Source: Octopus vulgaris (lineage: Eukaryota). From it: 64,000 nt of DNA. Made by a program: the position numbers and the translations under genes. Below the pieces are notes generated by a model, which had not been told where the DNA came from, did not search any database, and worked only from the letters and a program-made list of their open reading frames with translations. Shown piece after piece: positions 40,364 through 52,957 of this stretch; position 1 is the first letter of the stretch; each line of letters opens with the position of its first letter. The stretch lies in contig OX597819.1 of the NCBI GenBank assembly GCA_951406725.2, forward strand, positions 12,772,001-12,836,000, written 5' to 3'.

Positions 40364-40972
40364 GCCTCTTTCAGCCACAAGACGAACAAAAGTTTTTGAT
40401 GATTGCCTACACGGTGACCAGTGATAATGAGTGTTTTTTTTTAAATAATCCGTTATAAGCAATGACATCAAAAATGAAAGAATGGAGAATTTATATTCTC
40501 TATGAAATGGCCGACCAATTCCCAGACATCTGTGGAGGTCTTTATTGCGGCGATTGTCTGCTTTACCTCCAAAATACTTCGAACCAAAAAATACAGAAGG
40601 TTAAGAACAGATTAGTTAGGTTTTTTAGTAGAATGGGCTTGAGCATAGTTTTTGACGATGAGTTAACTAAAGCCAACTTCTTAGACATTACCCTCAATCT
40701 GCAGAATAACTCATACTTCCCTTATCATAAACCTTGTACTAATCTTAAGTATATCAGCATTTTCAGTAATCATGCCAAGCCAATTACCGATAATTTAGTT
40801 AAAAACATATCTCTGAGACTGTCAAAATTATCTGCTAATGTCGACAACTTTAACCAAAAAGCCGAATTCTATAACGTCGCCTTGTCAAGAGCCGGTTATA
40901 AGGAAAAAGTATCATACATAGACCCAGCTCATTCTAAACCAACATATGCTTCTCAAGATAGGAAAACTACTC

Positions 40973-41070
<98 letters not shown>

Positions 41071-42680
41071 AAGAATAATGATTTCAATTCTAATAGTGCC
41101 AGCACCACTGTACATAAAATAAATCCTTTACGGACTAGGGGAGGTAAGCGCCACCCAACTCCAAATTTCCAACACAGAAATTTTCCCCTTACTGTCACAA
41201 ATAACACTAGAAACAATTCAAAGTCCACAAAAAACTGTATCTGGTTTGTAATACCTTTCGGAAAACAAATCAAATCGACCCTTCCCTTACAGTTCCGTGA
41301 AGCCGTTGCTAGGAACTTTCCCAGTAATTCTAGATATCATTCTATTATCAATTCACACAAGGTAAGAATAGCATTCTCTAACACTAGGAATCTTTCGCAA
41401 ATTATTTCTTCCCATAATAACAAGCTGCTAAATAAAAATTCTTCACCCGGGAGTTCCAGCACTAATCTTTCCAATTCCAACCCATCATACAATCACAATA
41501 ATAGAAATAGTATTGATAGTAACAGCATTCGTAGCAGCGTTAATGTTAGCAATGATAATATTAATAATAGTATTAGTCGGGTTAATAACAGCGGTAGTGT
41601 TGATGGCAACAACAACAATGGTACTATTGTAGGGGATATTGCTGGTTGTAGTACAATTAATAATAATAATAATAATAGAAATAGAGTAGTTGTTAATGCT
41701 AGTAGTAATAAAAACAACAATCATAACAATAAAAACTCTGTCTCGATCTCGGAGGATAACCCTAAAAGATTAAAATTTTTGTCCAGTAATTCCAAAATTA
41801 AGAATTCCATTTACCAGTGTAGAATTTCTTCCAGTACCGATGTCTTCTTCTATATAGGTGCGACAACTTCTCAGTTATCCAAGAGAATTTCCAATCATTA
41901 TTCGACTTTCCGAGATAAGAAAAAACGACATAGTGCAGGACTGAGTAAATTATTTTGGCGTCTTAAAGACAATAATATAACTTTCTAGTTGGATTGGTTT
42001 ATATTGTCTGTATCCTTTCCTTTTGATAAGGGCAGAAAATTTTGTAACATTTGTAATTCTGAACTCTTCTATATCCTTTTCGCCAAGGTTTCCCTAGTAA
42101 ACACACTCATAGAAAAATTGTATAAATGTAAGCATTGGCAGAAACACACTTTCCACTCATATAAATGATATAGATAACCACTGTAGTTTTAACAATTAGC
42201 TTCCCACTGCCATAGACAAATTCTTTCCTATGCCTTCGAATTTTCTTTCTACTCCATTATATGTTCCATTGCTACTAAATATTTTGACATATGTTTATAT
42301 ATCTTTCTCTCTCTCTCTCTATAACACACACAATCAAACACACAGACACAAATTTTACACCTTACTACTAAGTATATTTGACGTTTGTCTCCCTCACATG
42401 CACAATCACACATACACATACACACAGACACAAATGCAGTTATATACACACACTCATACACATACAAAAAAACTCGCACTCATTAACACAAGCACACAGC
42501 CGCACATCCCCATACATACAGCATACATAGTGTCCCCTACATATTTCAATACTTCCTCCTTCTACCCATTGTTGACGTCATTGCTTATAACGGATTATTT
42601 AAAAAAAACACTTGTTATCACTGTGGTCACCATGTAGGCAATCATCAAAAACTTTTGTTCGTCTTGTGGCTGAAAGAGAC

Positions 42681-42777
42681 TCCTTATCTTTCCTGATGAG
42701 AAGATGGCATAATGCACCTTTTATTCCTTCGGAATTAAAAGTATGCCGTCTTCGAAACATGTGTCGAGAGTAAAGGA
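42681..42777 (+). ncRNA. Type I hammerhead ribozyme in the PLE 3' pLTR
   Basis: UCCUUAUCUUUC-CUGAUGA-GAAGAUGGCAU(loop)AUGCCGUCUUC-GAAA-CAUGUG-UC-GAGAGUAAAGGA; 11-bp stem II, predicted cleavage after GUC at 42765. Confidence 0.82.
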
Positions 42778-42815
42778 ATTTTGTTAAAATCTTTGTTCGA
42801 CTCCATTCTTTCATC

Positions 42816-42884
<69 letters not shown>

Positions 42885-42891
42885 CATATAT

Positions 42892-44143
42892 CATCATCAT
42901 CATCGTTTAGCGTCCGCTTTCCATGCTAGCATGGGTTGGACAGTTCAACTGTGGTCTGGGAAGCCAGAAGGCTGCACCAGGCCCAGTCTGATCTGGCAAT
43001 GTTCCTATGGCTGGATGCCCTTCCTAATGCCAACCACTCTGTGAGTGTAGTGGGTGCTTTTTATGTGCCACTGGCACAGGTGCCAGACGAGGCTGGCAAA
43101 CGGCCACGATCGGATGGTGCTTTTTACGTGCCACTGGCACGGGGGCCAGGCGAGGCTGGCAACGGCCACAATCGGATGGTGCTTTTTACATGCCACCAGC
43201 ACGAGGCCAGTCGGGGAGGCGCTGGCAACGGCCATGTTCGGATGGTTCTCTTATGTACCACCAGCACTGGTATCACAGCTGCAATTTCCATTGATGTTGA
43301 TCGATTTTGATTTTGATTTTGATTTTCACTTGCCTCAACAGGTCTTCACAAGTAGAGTTTTGTATCCCAAGAAGGAAAGGTATGCATAAGAGGACTGGCT
43401 ACATCCCAGGTAGAGGCCACGAGTTATGGTCTCACTTGTCCTGCCGGGTCTTCTCATGCACAGCATACTTCCATAGGTCCGGTCTCTAGTCATTTCCTCG
43501 GTGAGACCTAAAGTTTGAAGGTCGTGTTTCACCACCTCGTCTCAGGTTTTCCTGGGTCTGCCTCTTCCACAGGTTCCCTCAACCACTAGGGTGTGGCACT
43601 TTTTCACACAACTATCTTCATCCATTCTTGCCACATGACCATACCAGCACAAACATCTCTCTTGCACACCACAACTGATGCTTCTTAGGTCCAACTTTTC
43701 TCTGACATTATACATCCATCGAAGCATACTGGCTTCATTTCTTGCAAGTTTACGTATATCCTCAGCAGTCACAGCCCATGTTTCACTGCCATGTAGCATG
43801 GCTGTACATACACATGCGTCATACGGTCTGCCTTTTACTCTGAGCGAGAGACCTTTTGTCACCAGCAGAAGTAAGAGCTCTCTGAACTTTGCCCAGGCTA
43901 TTCTTACTCTAGCAGTTACACTTTCAGCACATCCGCCCCCACTACTGACTTGGTCATCTAGGTAACAGAAGCTATCAACTATTTCTAGTTTTTCTCCCAG
44001 GAATGTGGCGGAAGTTGGTCTCAGAGTATTTTTAGTGTTTATTGCTCTTGAGCATCCACCACATACAAAAACTATCTTCCAAGTTAGCCTTCTTTTGACA
44101 TTGCTGCACCTCTTATGTGTCCATAGCTTACACTTGGTGAATC
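42892..44143 (-). mobile_element. 5'-truncated RTE LINE (same family as 29149-31042)
   Basis: CKLWTHKRCSNV...AWAKFRELL...GRGRPRKT, plus hairpin-repeat 3' UTR and (GAT)n tail. Confidence 0.88.
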
Positions 44144-44789
44144 TTATATATGTGTATATATATATATATATATATACCTTGCCTTTCATAATAATAATAA
44201 TTATTATTATTATTATTATTATTGAGTGAGAGACCAGTGCATGCCATCAAAGTAACACTGGGGTGAAATATACGAAGCCCAGTATACCCATCATGACTAC
44301 CCGTCTGATAAGGGTACACCAGGCACATGCATCACAACCATATGTGCGCGACATGGTGATCTCATATCAAGATAAACAGCACATGACCTTGCAGATGGGG
44401 CCCACTTAGAATTTTCTTCTGGTCGAGTAGCACATCCCACTCGAAAGGTCCCTGAATAAGGATTGCCTAAGGATGTTGAACGAAACACCCATGTTTCCAA
44501 AGGTGAATTATCCAAACCGCCAAAAATTCCTTTCAACACACGGCTATGATGCTCCCCCACTACTTCTGCTCATGATCAGAGATGCACATATCGTCAGCCA
44601 CTAAAGGATATGGTCAACTGGTTAAGGTCAAACAACTGACAAGCAAATCTGTGGTATTGAGCAGAATATTTGCTGTAGCCTATCTTTTATACCAAGACAA
44701 AACAATGTACATGATAACACTTCCAATCAGTTAAGATCAGAAGCCATGAGAGCCACTGTCTGGTACTGCTATTATTATTTAATATCAGA

Positions 44790-45630
44790 TACCAGGAACA
44801 AAGACCTGACTAACTCTACCCTTAAAGAATACGAGTCAATGACAGAAGCATAGATTAACCAAGAAAAGTCAGTGGATCTGCAACTCAGCACCTGGAGAGG
44901 CAGGTTTGTGCCATCCAATAATGAAATGGGAAGCTGGACAGACAGAGTGACTAAATTGCTCTGATTTAGTCAAGATCTCCAGGTGGAGAAAACCTGGGAC
45001 AACGTGATGAGCAGAGTCACTAATCTCTTGCATAAACAGGCCAAGGGAAAACTGTCTCCGAAAGGTCAGGTAGAGGTTACAAATACTCACATCAGCTTTC
45101 TGTTATGCATGACTGCTTGATTGTCATGCTTTGCTCTGATTTACTTCTGACTAAACTGGAAAGCATACTCTTCCGCTTTCTCTGCTCCGTTTCTTGTCAA
45201 TGCCCACTTGATGGGAGACTGGGCATGCTATGGCTGATGATGTGCAATCAGGCATTCAGGCCACAACATCTCCTGCATTTCCTTGAAGGTGAGAAGAAGT
45301 GATCACCATTTGTCAGATTTGTTTATCTGCAGCTCGTCTCTTTAACTGAGCTGCAGTCATGCATAACAGAAAGGTGATGTATGTATTTGCTGCCTCTACC
45401 TGACCTTTCAGAGATAGTTTTTCCCTGTTCATGAAAGAGATTAGTGACTCTGCTCATCATGGTGTCCCAGGTTTTCTCCACCTGGAGCAATTTAGTCACT
45501 CTGTCTGTCCAGTTTCCCATTTCATTATTTGATGCCACAAACCTGCCTCCCCAGGTGCTGAGTTGCAGATCCACTGACTTTTCTTGGTTAATCTATATTG
45601 CTGTCATTGACCAGGTCTATATTCCTGGTA
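44790..45630. repeat. Inverted repeat (~270-bp arms, ~240-bp spacer) of LINE-like sequence
   Basis: 44849-45116 pairs with 45353-45597; outer matches TACCAGGAA/TTCCTGGTA next to (ATT)n/(AAT)n. Confidence 0.8.
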
Positions 45631-45683
<53 letters not shown>

Positions 45684-45688
45684 TGATG

Positions 45689-45719
<31 letters not shown>

Positions 45720-45794
45720 CAATAATAATAACAACAACAACAACAACAATAATAATAATAATAACAATAACAATAATAATAATAATAATATAAC

Positions 45795-45853
<59 letters not shown>

Positions 45854-45978
45854 TGATAATAATAATAATGATGATAATGATAATGATAATAATAACAATA
45901 ATAATAACAACAACAACAACAACAACAATAATAATAATAATAACAATAACAATAATAATAATAATAATGATATATAAC

Positions 45979-46023
<45 letters not shown>
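45631..46023. repeat. Compound (AAT/GAT/AAC)n microsatellite
   Basis: ~390-bp trinucleotide tract. Confidence 0.95.
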
Positions 46024-49000
46024 TGAGAAAGAAGAATAGGAAGCCAGACATAGTCTTAATTGAGAAAGGTGGCCAGTCTTACCTGAAAATGGGCTGAGAA
46101 GAAGGTATCCCTGAAAGGTTGGGCCGAGGTGGCAAATGCCGACATCACCTTCATCATCATTTATTGCCTGATGGTTGTGCCCTGCCCTGGTTACTATTTG
46201 ATCAGGCTAGAGTGTCTCTTATTCCTTTTCTTGTGGAGAGGGACATGTTCCAATGGTCAGGCACTCAGTCCACTACTAGCACCTTTTGCGTGGCTTCGCA
46301 TGTGCAGACATGCGCTCAGGTTGCACCACCTGTGATGATTTCTGGCTAGTGAACATGTGTGGGCTCCATTTGTGAGACGTGTCTTTCTACAGCTCGTCTC
46401 CTTGACGGAACCACAGTCCTTGGTGAAGGAAAGATCAAGACCGGGTACCTGGCACCTAGAGGGTAGCCAGGTACTCACAGACCTGTCCCAGTCAGACAAT
46501 GGGGTCAGTGGATGTCCCACTTCTATAATGATGAATGCCAAAACGAATTTCTGTGTGTCAGTGTGTCACACTTTGACCCCCCCCCACTCTCTCACTATTC
46601 AATGACACTTCCTCTACTCCTCTTGCTGGGGTGAGAGTAATAGTAGGCAGAGAGACGGTGGGGGCGGTAGGAGATTGACAGTTGAGATGGAAATGGGGTG
46701 ATAGTAATAGTATGTGCTGTAGTTGTGATGGAGGCGGTGGAGACGGTGATCATGATGGTGGTGGTGGTGGTGGCTGAGGTGGTTAAGCATGACGGTGATA
46801 GTAAGGGATGTGAAAGACGGTGGTGATGGTGGTGGAGGGGAAGGTGTTTGTAGCTACCAGAGCTAACTCCATACTTTAGAGACACGACTTTGATATTTCA
46901 CAGTTTTTGGGGTGGGGTAGTTTCTTTTAATTTTTTGAATCGGGGGGGGGGGTGTTCACCCACCCCCACCCACCTATCCACCTCTCTCCAAACCAAGCGC
47001 TCTCCACTCAACCACTCTCCTCCTCTCCGTCTCCCCATCTTGTGTCCGCTCAAAACCTCAGTCCTCTGGAGTTCTCTCCCTTGCTCTCTTTTCTTGCAGA
47101 CGGTGACTCTACAAGAGGAACGGTCACTATATCCTTATGCAACCATGTGTTATAAAAGTCGTGGACACAGCCCCTTCCTCTTGACCAAAACCTATAAAAA
47201 AATAAACGCAGAATATTTAAAAACCATTAATACACTCAACTCAGTTGAATAACCCTCAGTCTAGAGTTTAGAAGATTTGAGACTGTTTCGTAACTGCAAT
47301 ATGTCAAAAGCCTGAACTGTTTTTATCGTCTGCCTTTAGTGATTTATCCTATTATGTACCATCACTTGTTGTATAGATCTTCTCCCTCCCCCGGGGTCTT
47401 ATAATTCATTCTGCCTACCATAAATTAAGCACAGATCAGGGAAAAAAATTAAATAAAGATACAAGGGAAACTACTCTATATATTTTCTGGAAATGTTAAA
47501 ATATTTCACGAAGTGAAATTTCGGAAGATGACTTTTTTTTTTCCCCGAAAATAGAAATATTAATATTTCTAAGTCTCTCTAAAGGAGACTACGGCAGCAG
47601 TTCTGGATATCGCCAAGCTTACATGGCAGTCCAGAACAATAGGACGAATGCTGCCGTTGATTAGCTCCGAGAGGCCATCGCCTCTAGCTAGCTATGTGAC
47701 ACACGAACCTGTGTCCATTATAATCTTCGAACAGGGGAGGTCAGGCGCTTCCTCTTGCTGGTCTGGCATCTACAGACTAGTTTCAGGGTATTTGCCCCTT
47801 TTTCAAATATATTGTGGTTTATTAACCGCAAAGGCAGCCATTGATGTTATATTATTTTTGTCTATTGTTCTTGGTGATATTGTAATTATGATAACTGGAA
47901 GATGTGGCTGTTGTTTGTTGCAGGCCTAGTGACAATGTAGAGCAATGGTTCCCAAATGGAGTGGTATTGCTCCTCTGGGGGCAGTGGAAATTTTCCAAGG
48001 GTACGTTGAAGAAAAATGGAGTGATAATGGGGTGGCGGTTCATGTGAAAACAACAAAATAATGGGTTTGTTAGGTTAAGTTTTATTTGCGAAATACAGTT
48101 GCTTTGAACTTGCTTGAGAAAGAGGTCTATGTTTGTGATGGTTAGTTGGGGTGGGGGAGCTAGGAATGTAACCTGGGTGTCAAGGGGGTGGAAGCCTGAA
48201 AAAGTTTGACATAGAGGCTCCTTTGTGTCGTGTGCATCGTCAAGTTTTGTTAATAATCACAACAAGATAATAATAATAATAATAATTTCTTTTGTTAACC
48301 ACATGGGCATAGATGAGGTGGACATCACAAGAATAGACAACAAATTGTTTGGGAATTTACATAAAGGTTGAGGAGAAAGAAATGGAAAAGAGAGTAAAAT
48401 GTGATAAAAATGTAACATATACCAAGTATGGGATAACATGAATAATGCAATCTTCCTGAAACAGGGGAAACTCCGATGAGGGCCAATCAAGGAATCCCAC
48501 AGATCCAAGATTACCCTGACCACCAAAGGTATGTGCCCTCTCTCTTGCTCTCCAATCTACAGGCACATGTTTAGAATAGGGTCATTCTATGGCCAAAGTA
48601 AGGCAGTAGCAGCACAATCTCCACAGAACAGCAGATGGTCAGTATGAACCTTACGAGTCAACAATGCTTGGGCACTTGACAAGTGCATGCAGATCAGTTT
48701 TGTCACTCTGTGTGTGTCCCAAACAGGACCAACTGACAACCTTTCTTGATGTTAATAGAGTTAATATCAAACAGGCAGTGCTTCATGGTAACACTGCAAG
48801 ACCAAGAATTTCTGGAAATTATCCTTGAATCCCAGCCTGAAAATCCAACAGAACCGACCAGCCAGTTGATTCTCTTTGACACTCAGAGTCTCCACAGGGA
48901 TGTTGTTGCTCTTGCCCACTGCTTAGCCTCTATAGAACACCAAGGTGGAACTTGCACTGACCACATTGCTCAAACTGGCAGAGGACTGTGAGTGCCTGCC

Positions 49001-50424
49001 ATCCTGCCTTGATCTATGCTTGATCCAGGAATGCAGATCAGTCAAAGAGATGAGCTGTTGGGAAGCGAATTTGACAAGAAAACACTGGAGATGTTACAGC
49101 TTCTGCTGCCAGAAGCTGGAATCGTTTTCTCGATGCCCAGAGAAGCAATACTCTCCAGATATGATGAGTGACTGAGAGAGGATTTCGTTGCATGTTTCTA
49201 GGCAGCTTCCAGTCGATCAATATTCTGGGCAAGATGGAAGTTCTGAACTGGAGATGTAAACTCTGTGGCTATACCATGGACAGCTGCTGGTGAGTGGCTG
49301 ATGAAGATTTTATTGAAAGATGCTGAGATGATTTTAGGAATGTGGTTCATCCAATGCAGAAAGTTGTTGACAATAATTCCTCAACCACATTTACCAGAAG
49401 AAGACTTGTTAATGTCGGTATTGAGGATAGAGTAGGTAAATTCTATGTTTTTCCAACCAAAATGTACAGTGATTCACTTGTCTACAACCAGTTTGAGTTG
49501 CTGCATTATGTCCAGGTCAGATTACAGACACAAGAAAGATTTGACTGTTATTTCTGGGAGAGTGTGCAGAGATTCCTTTGTATGGTTTATGTATGTTAAT
49601 AAGAGTTGCTCAAAATCATTCTGTGATTTTGTTCAATGCTAATGTGGGAACTTTTGTTGTCTCCACTGACTTCTTTTTATTCAAGAAGTGAAACCTGAAT
49701 ATAAACCTGAATTTATTTCATTTTATAATAAAGATGTCAGTGAAGACCATGTTTTTCTTTTGTCTTTCATTCAGTTTTAGTGACTCATTCCTTTATTGCT
49801 AAACGAAAACACTTTCACAGAAAATTAAGACAATGTATTGAAGTCTTGTTTTAAATCAAGAAAACATAATTGAATGCCATTGATGTGAGGAATTAAAGAA
49901 ATGTATTTATGACATCCAAGTCGTTAAGACATTTCTTCTGTAACAACCCGAGTCACTGGTTCAATGCTGACCTATGGCACCTCAAGTATCTTCTACTATA
50001 GCTTTCGGCTGACCAATGGCATGGGAAAGGAATTTGGGAGAAACTGTGTGGAAATATCATCTTGTTGTTGTTGTTGCATGTGTGTGTATTGCTGCTTATC
50101 GCCTCCTTCCTGTTCTATTTCTTTTACCTCCCCCACCACCCCATAGGGATATTCGACCACACCACCCCCACTGGCTGCCACTCCCCTCTCACACTTTTGT
50201 GGACTTAAGCATTTTGTCCACCGTGCTAATGATTCTGCCAGCCCACTGCCCTAAGTTTGACAACAATAATAATCAGCACCGTACCTACACCTGGTTTATT
50301 TCTTCCATAGCTGACCCCTGAGAGTGTAAACTAATAAGGCAAGGAGTTTTGTGTGTCCCTAATGCAGGTCATCACCTTTGATGAGTCTAAAATAAAAATA
50401 TAAACAATAAAAATAAACTCTGGG

Positions 50425-50800
50425 AACCTTTTCAAACTCCACCTGTCCTAACACCCATGAACATGTTTACAAAGTCAGAAAACAACGCAGCTCCCATGAC
50501 TTTCGGAAACGTTTTTCACGCTAAGAGTTGCTGAAGCATGGAACAAACTGCCGGCATCAGTTCTTAGTTGTCGGAGCACTGCATCCTTCAAAACTTCCAT
50601 GCTTCCTGAGATTTGCCAACACTACACCTGATTTTCTCCCCTCCATACACACGCAAGCATGTATCTAATTCATACACTGTTCACTTCCCAGACATTTGTA
50701 CATTACTGCATGTACTTTATATGCACTTTTGACAAGTTGTGGTGCACCTGAGCACTGTATACAATAATTTCATTATTATCATTATTATTATTATTATTAT
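50425..50800 (+). mobile_element. CR1-clade LINE 3' end
   Basis: Decayed H.YKV.K...FRK.FF..RVAEAWNKLP...SFK, followed by a 3' UTR and (ATT)n tail. Confidence 0.65.
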
Positions 50801-50830
50801 TAAACAAATGCTGAGGTAAAAGTTATGTAT

Positions 50831-50904
50831 TATAAACGTTTGATTAGCTTGTGTCTTCTTTGTTTCAATGAGGGGTGTGTCTACTGTAGTATATGTGTGT
50901 GTGT

Positions 50905-50961
<57 letters not shown>

Positions 50962-51111
50962 TGTGTGTGTGTGTATGTAACCTGCTATGAAGCAATTTTG
51001 AGGTCATTCAGCTTTTTATGTGATATCAAGACAGAGATAGCATATTAGAAGTTCTGCAGTTGGCTGGCGAGGAATACAACACACCTGCCTTTAGAAGGGT
51101 TGAACAGTCTG
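50831..51111 (+). promoter_or_regulatory. Candidate TATA box and non-coding first exon of sulfurtransferase copy B
   Basis: TATAAA at 50831-50836 and donor CTG|GTAAGT at 51111/51112; inverted homolog of 37359-37686. Confidence 0.55.
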
Positions 51112-51559
51112 GTAAGTAGACTTTCACAGACTTTATTAAGAGAAGACACACAGACACAAGTACTCGTTAATATGGACGTAAAGTATTTAGTTTTATTAAA
51201 CAAAACACAGATAAAAAAATACAATGGCATAAAGAAGGAAATGACACTCAATTTGCGTATCTACATACACACACACACACACACACATATATATGTAGAG
51301 AGATAAAATCTTTATCATGATCAAACTGATCGTTCATAGAAGACAAACAAATACAAGACAAACAAATCCAAAAAAGTTAAATGAGTTCAAACGAGCATTG
51401 TGTTAAAAATTTACTTTAAAAATATTATATATAACAATTAATTTTCACCTTAAACTAGAACTTTAAAAAAAAAAAATATAAAGAAAGAAAACGAATAAAA
51501 GTTCAAAAAGACCGAACCCGGCATCCTATAAGGCCCAGCAACGATCTTCTTCTTTCATC

Positions 51560-52650
51560 AATGATTAAGCTGGGTTACTAGCACCCACCTTTCTCATCAC
51601 ATCCTTCCATCCTTTCTCGTATTCACTCGGTGGCAGTGTCTTCCTCTCCAACCCCATCTTGCTCTTCAGTGGGTATCTGAAGTAAGACAGCAAACTGGGG
51701 TCAGAGATGGAGGACCCTGTCACAGAAGCTTCCATTCTAGTCCTCCATACACACTTTTTCAGTACTGCAACCATACAGTAAAAACAAGCCTTACCTTCCT
51801 TTGAGAGTCCAGTTGGCGGTATCATCTTTATTATAGAAGGTGGCGAGCTGGCAGAAACGTTAGCACACCGGACGAAAAGCTTAGCAGTATTTGGTCTGCT
51901 GCTATGTTCCGAGTTCAAATTCCGCCGAGGTCGACTTTGCCTTTCATCCTTTCGGGGTCGATTAAATAAGTACCAGTTACGCACTGGGGTCGAATTAATC
52001 GACTTAATCCATTCGTCTGTCTTTGTTTGTCCTCTCTGTGTTTAGCCCCTTGTGGGTAGTAAAGAAATTGGTATTTCATCTGCTGCTACGTTCTGAGTTC
52101 AAATTCCGCCGAGGTCAACTTTGCCTTTCATCCTTTCGGGTTTGATTAAATAAGTACCAGTTACACACTGGGGTCGATATAATCGACTTAATCCGTTTAT
52201 CTGTCCTTGTTTGTCCTCTCTGTGTTTAGCCCCTTGTGGGTAGTAAAGAAACAGATATCATCTTTATTATAGATCTAGCCGACAGCTGTACTTGTCCCAG
52301 ATGTGACAACACATGTTCTACGTAACTAGATAGCTCCCGACATTGTACAAAAGTGTGCTGGACAGTTTCAGTGTCCAGCCCACATCTTGGACACATCGGC
52401 GGCACTGACATTCCATGCCTGGATAACTTATCTCAAACAGCTAAAGCATTCCTGTAGCACTTCCTGGTCAGGGATTTTTGGAAGTTTTCCAAATACCCCG
52501 GCCTGAAAGTTTTTTGAACAGGTTGGCGAGTTGGTTCTCATCGAACCCCAGAGCCCCTCCTAGGACGTCATCGTTTTTTGCCTCTACCAGCCCTCTATAG
52601 AACACCAAGGTGGTATTCCTGCTGCCAGCCTTGCTCATCTTGTGGATCAT
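51560..52650 (-). mobile_element. L1/Tx1-like LINE ORF2 C-terminal remnant (interrupted by the SINE dimer)
   Basis: CPRCGLDTETVQHTFVQC zinc-knuckle motif; specific to the intron of copy B. Confidence 0.55.
51838..52255 (+). mobile_element. SINE family B, tandem dimer with 18-bp TSD
   Basis: GGCGAGCTGGCAGAA head, GAGTTCAAATTCC B-box and core GCCTTTCATCCTTTCGGGGTCGATTAAATAAGTACCAG twice; TSD TATCATCTTTATTATAGA at 51820-51837 and 52256-52273. Confidence 0.85.
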
Positions 52651-52924
52651 ATATGTAGAGAGATAGACAGATATAGATATATACGTACATATATAAAGGT
52701 ATATTATATATACTCTTTTTACTCTTTTACTTGTTTCAGTCATTTGACTGCGGCCATGCTGGAGCACCGCCTTTAGTCGAGCAAATCGACCCTGGGACTT
52801 ATTCTTTGTAAGCCCAGTACTTATTCTATCGGTCTCTTTTGCCGAACTGCTAAGTGATGGGGACGTAAACACACCAGCATCAGTTGTCAAGCAATGCTAG
52901 GGGGACAAACACAGACACACAAAC

Positions 52925-52957
<33 letters not shown>

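Larger units (their letters stand above)
40229..42817 (+). mobile_element. Penelope-like retroelement (GIY-YIG, Naiad-like), 5'-truncated with inverted pLTR
   Basis: ORF 40462-41988 has a decayed RT core (GLYCGD for GLYRDD; ANFLDITLNL; SNH) and GIY-YIG (NSIYQC...FYIGAT...R...H). Past the premature TAG it continues to W..CNICNSE..CKH* at ~42168. ~245-bp inverted terminal repeats at 40229-40471 and 42572-42817. Confidence 0.87.

Noticed and set aside
41986-41988. Possible selenocysteine or recoded stop in the Naiad-like PLE ORF
   Set aside because: The stop is TAG, not TGA, it is not at a Cys position, and the RT catalytic motif is also mutated; simple decay explains it.
45588-46051. Poly-N/I/L/Y ORFs (and the many YIYI/CVCV ORFs elsewhere)
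   Set aside because: These are translations of microsatellites.
48290-49660. Protein-coding gene in the spacer
   Set aside because: No long frame or consistent splice pattern; it looks like a decayed non-LTR retroelement, and I could not assign the family.
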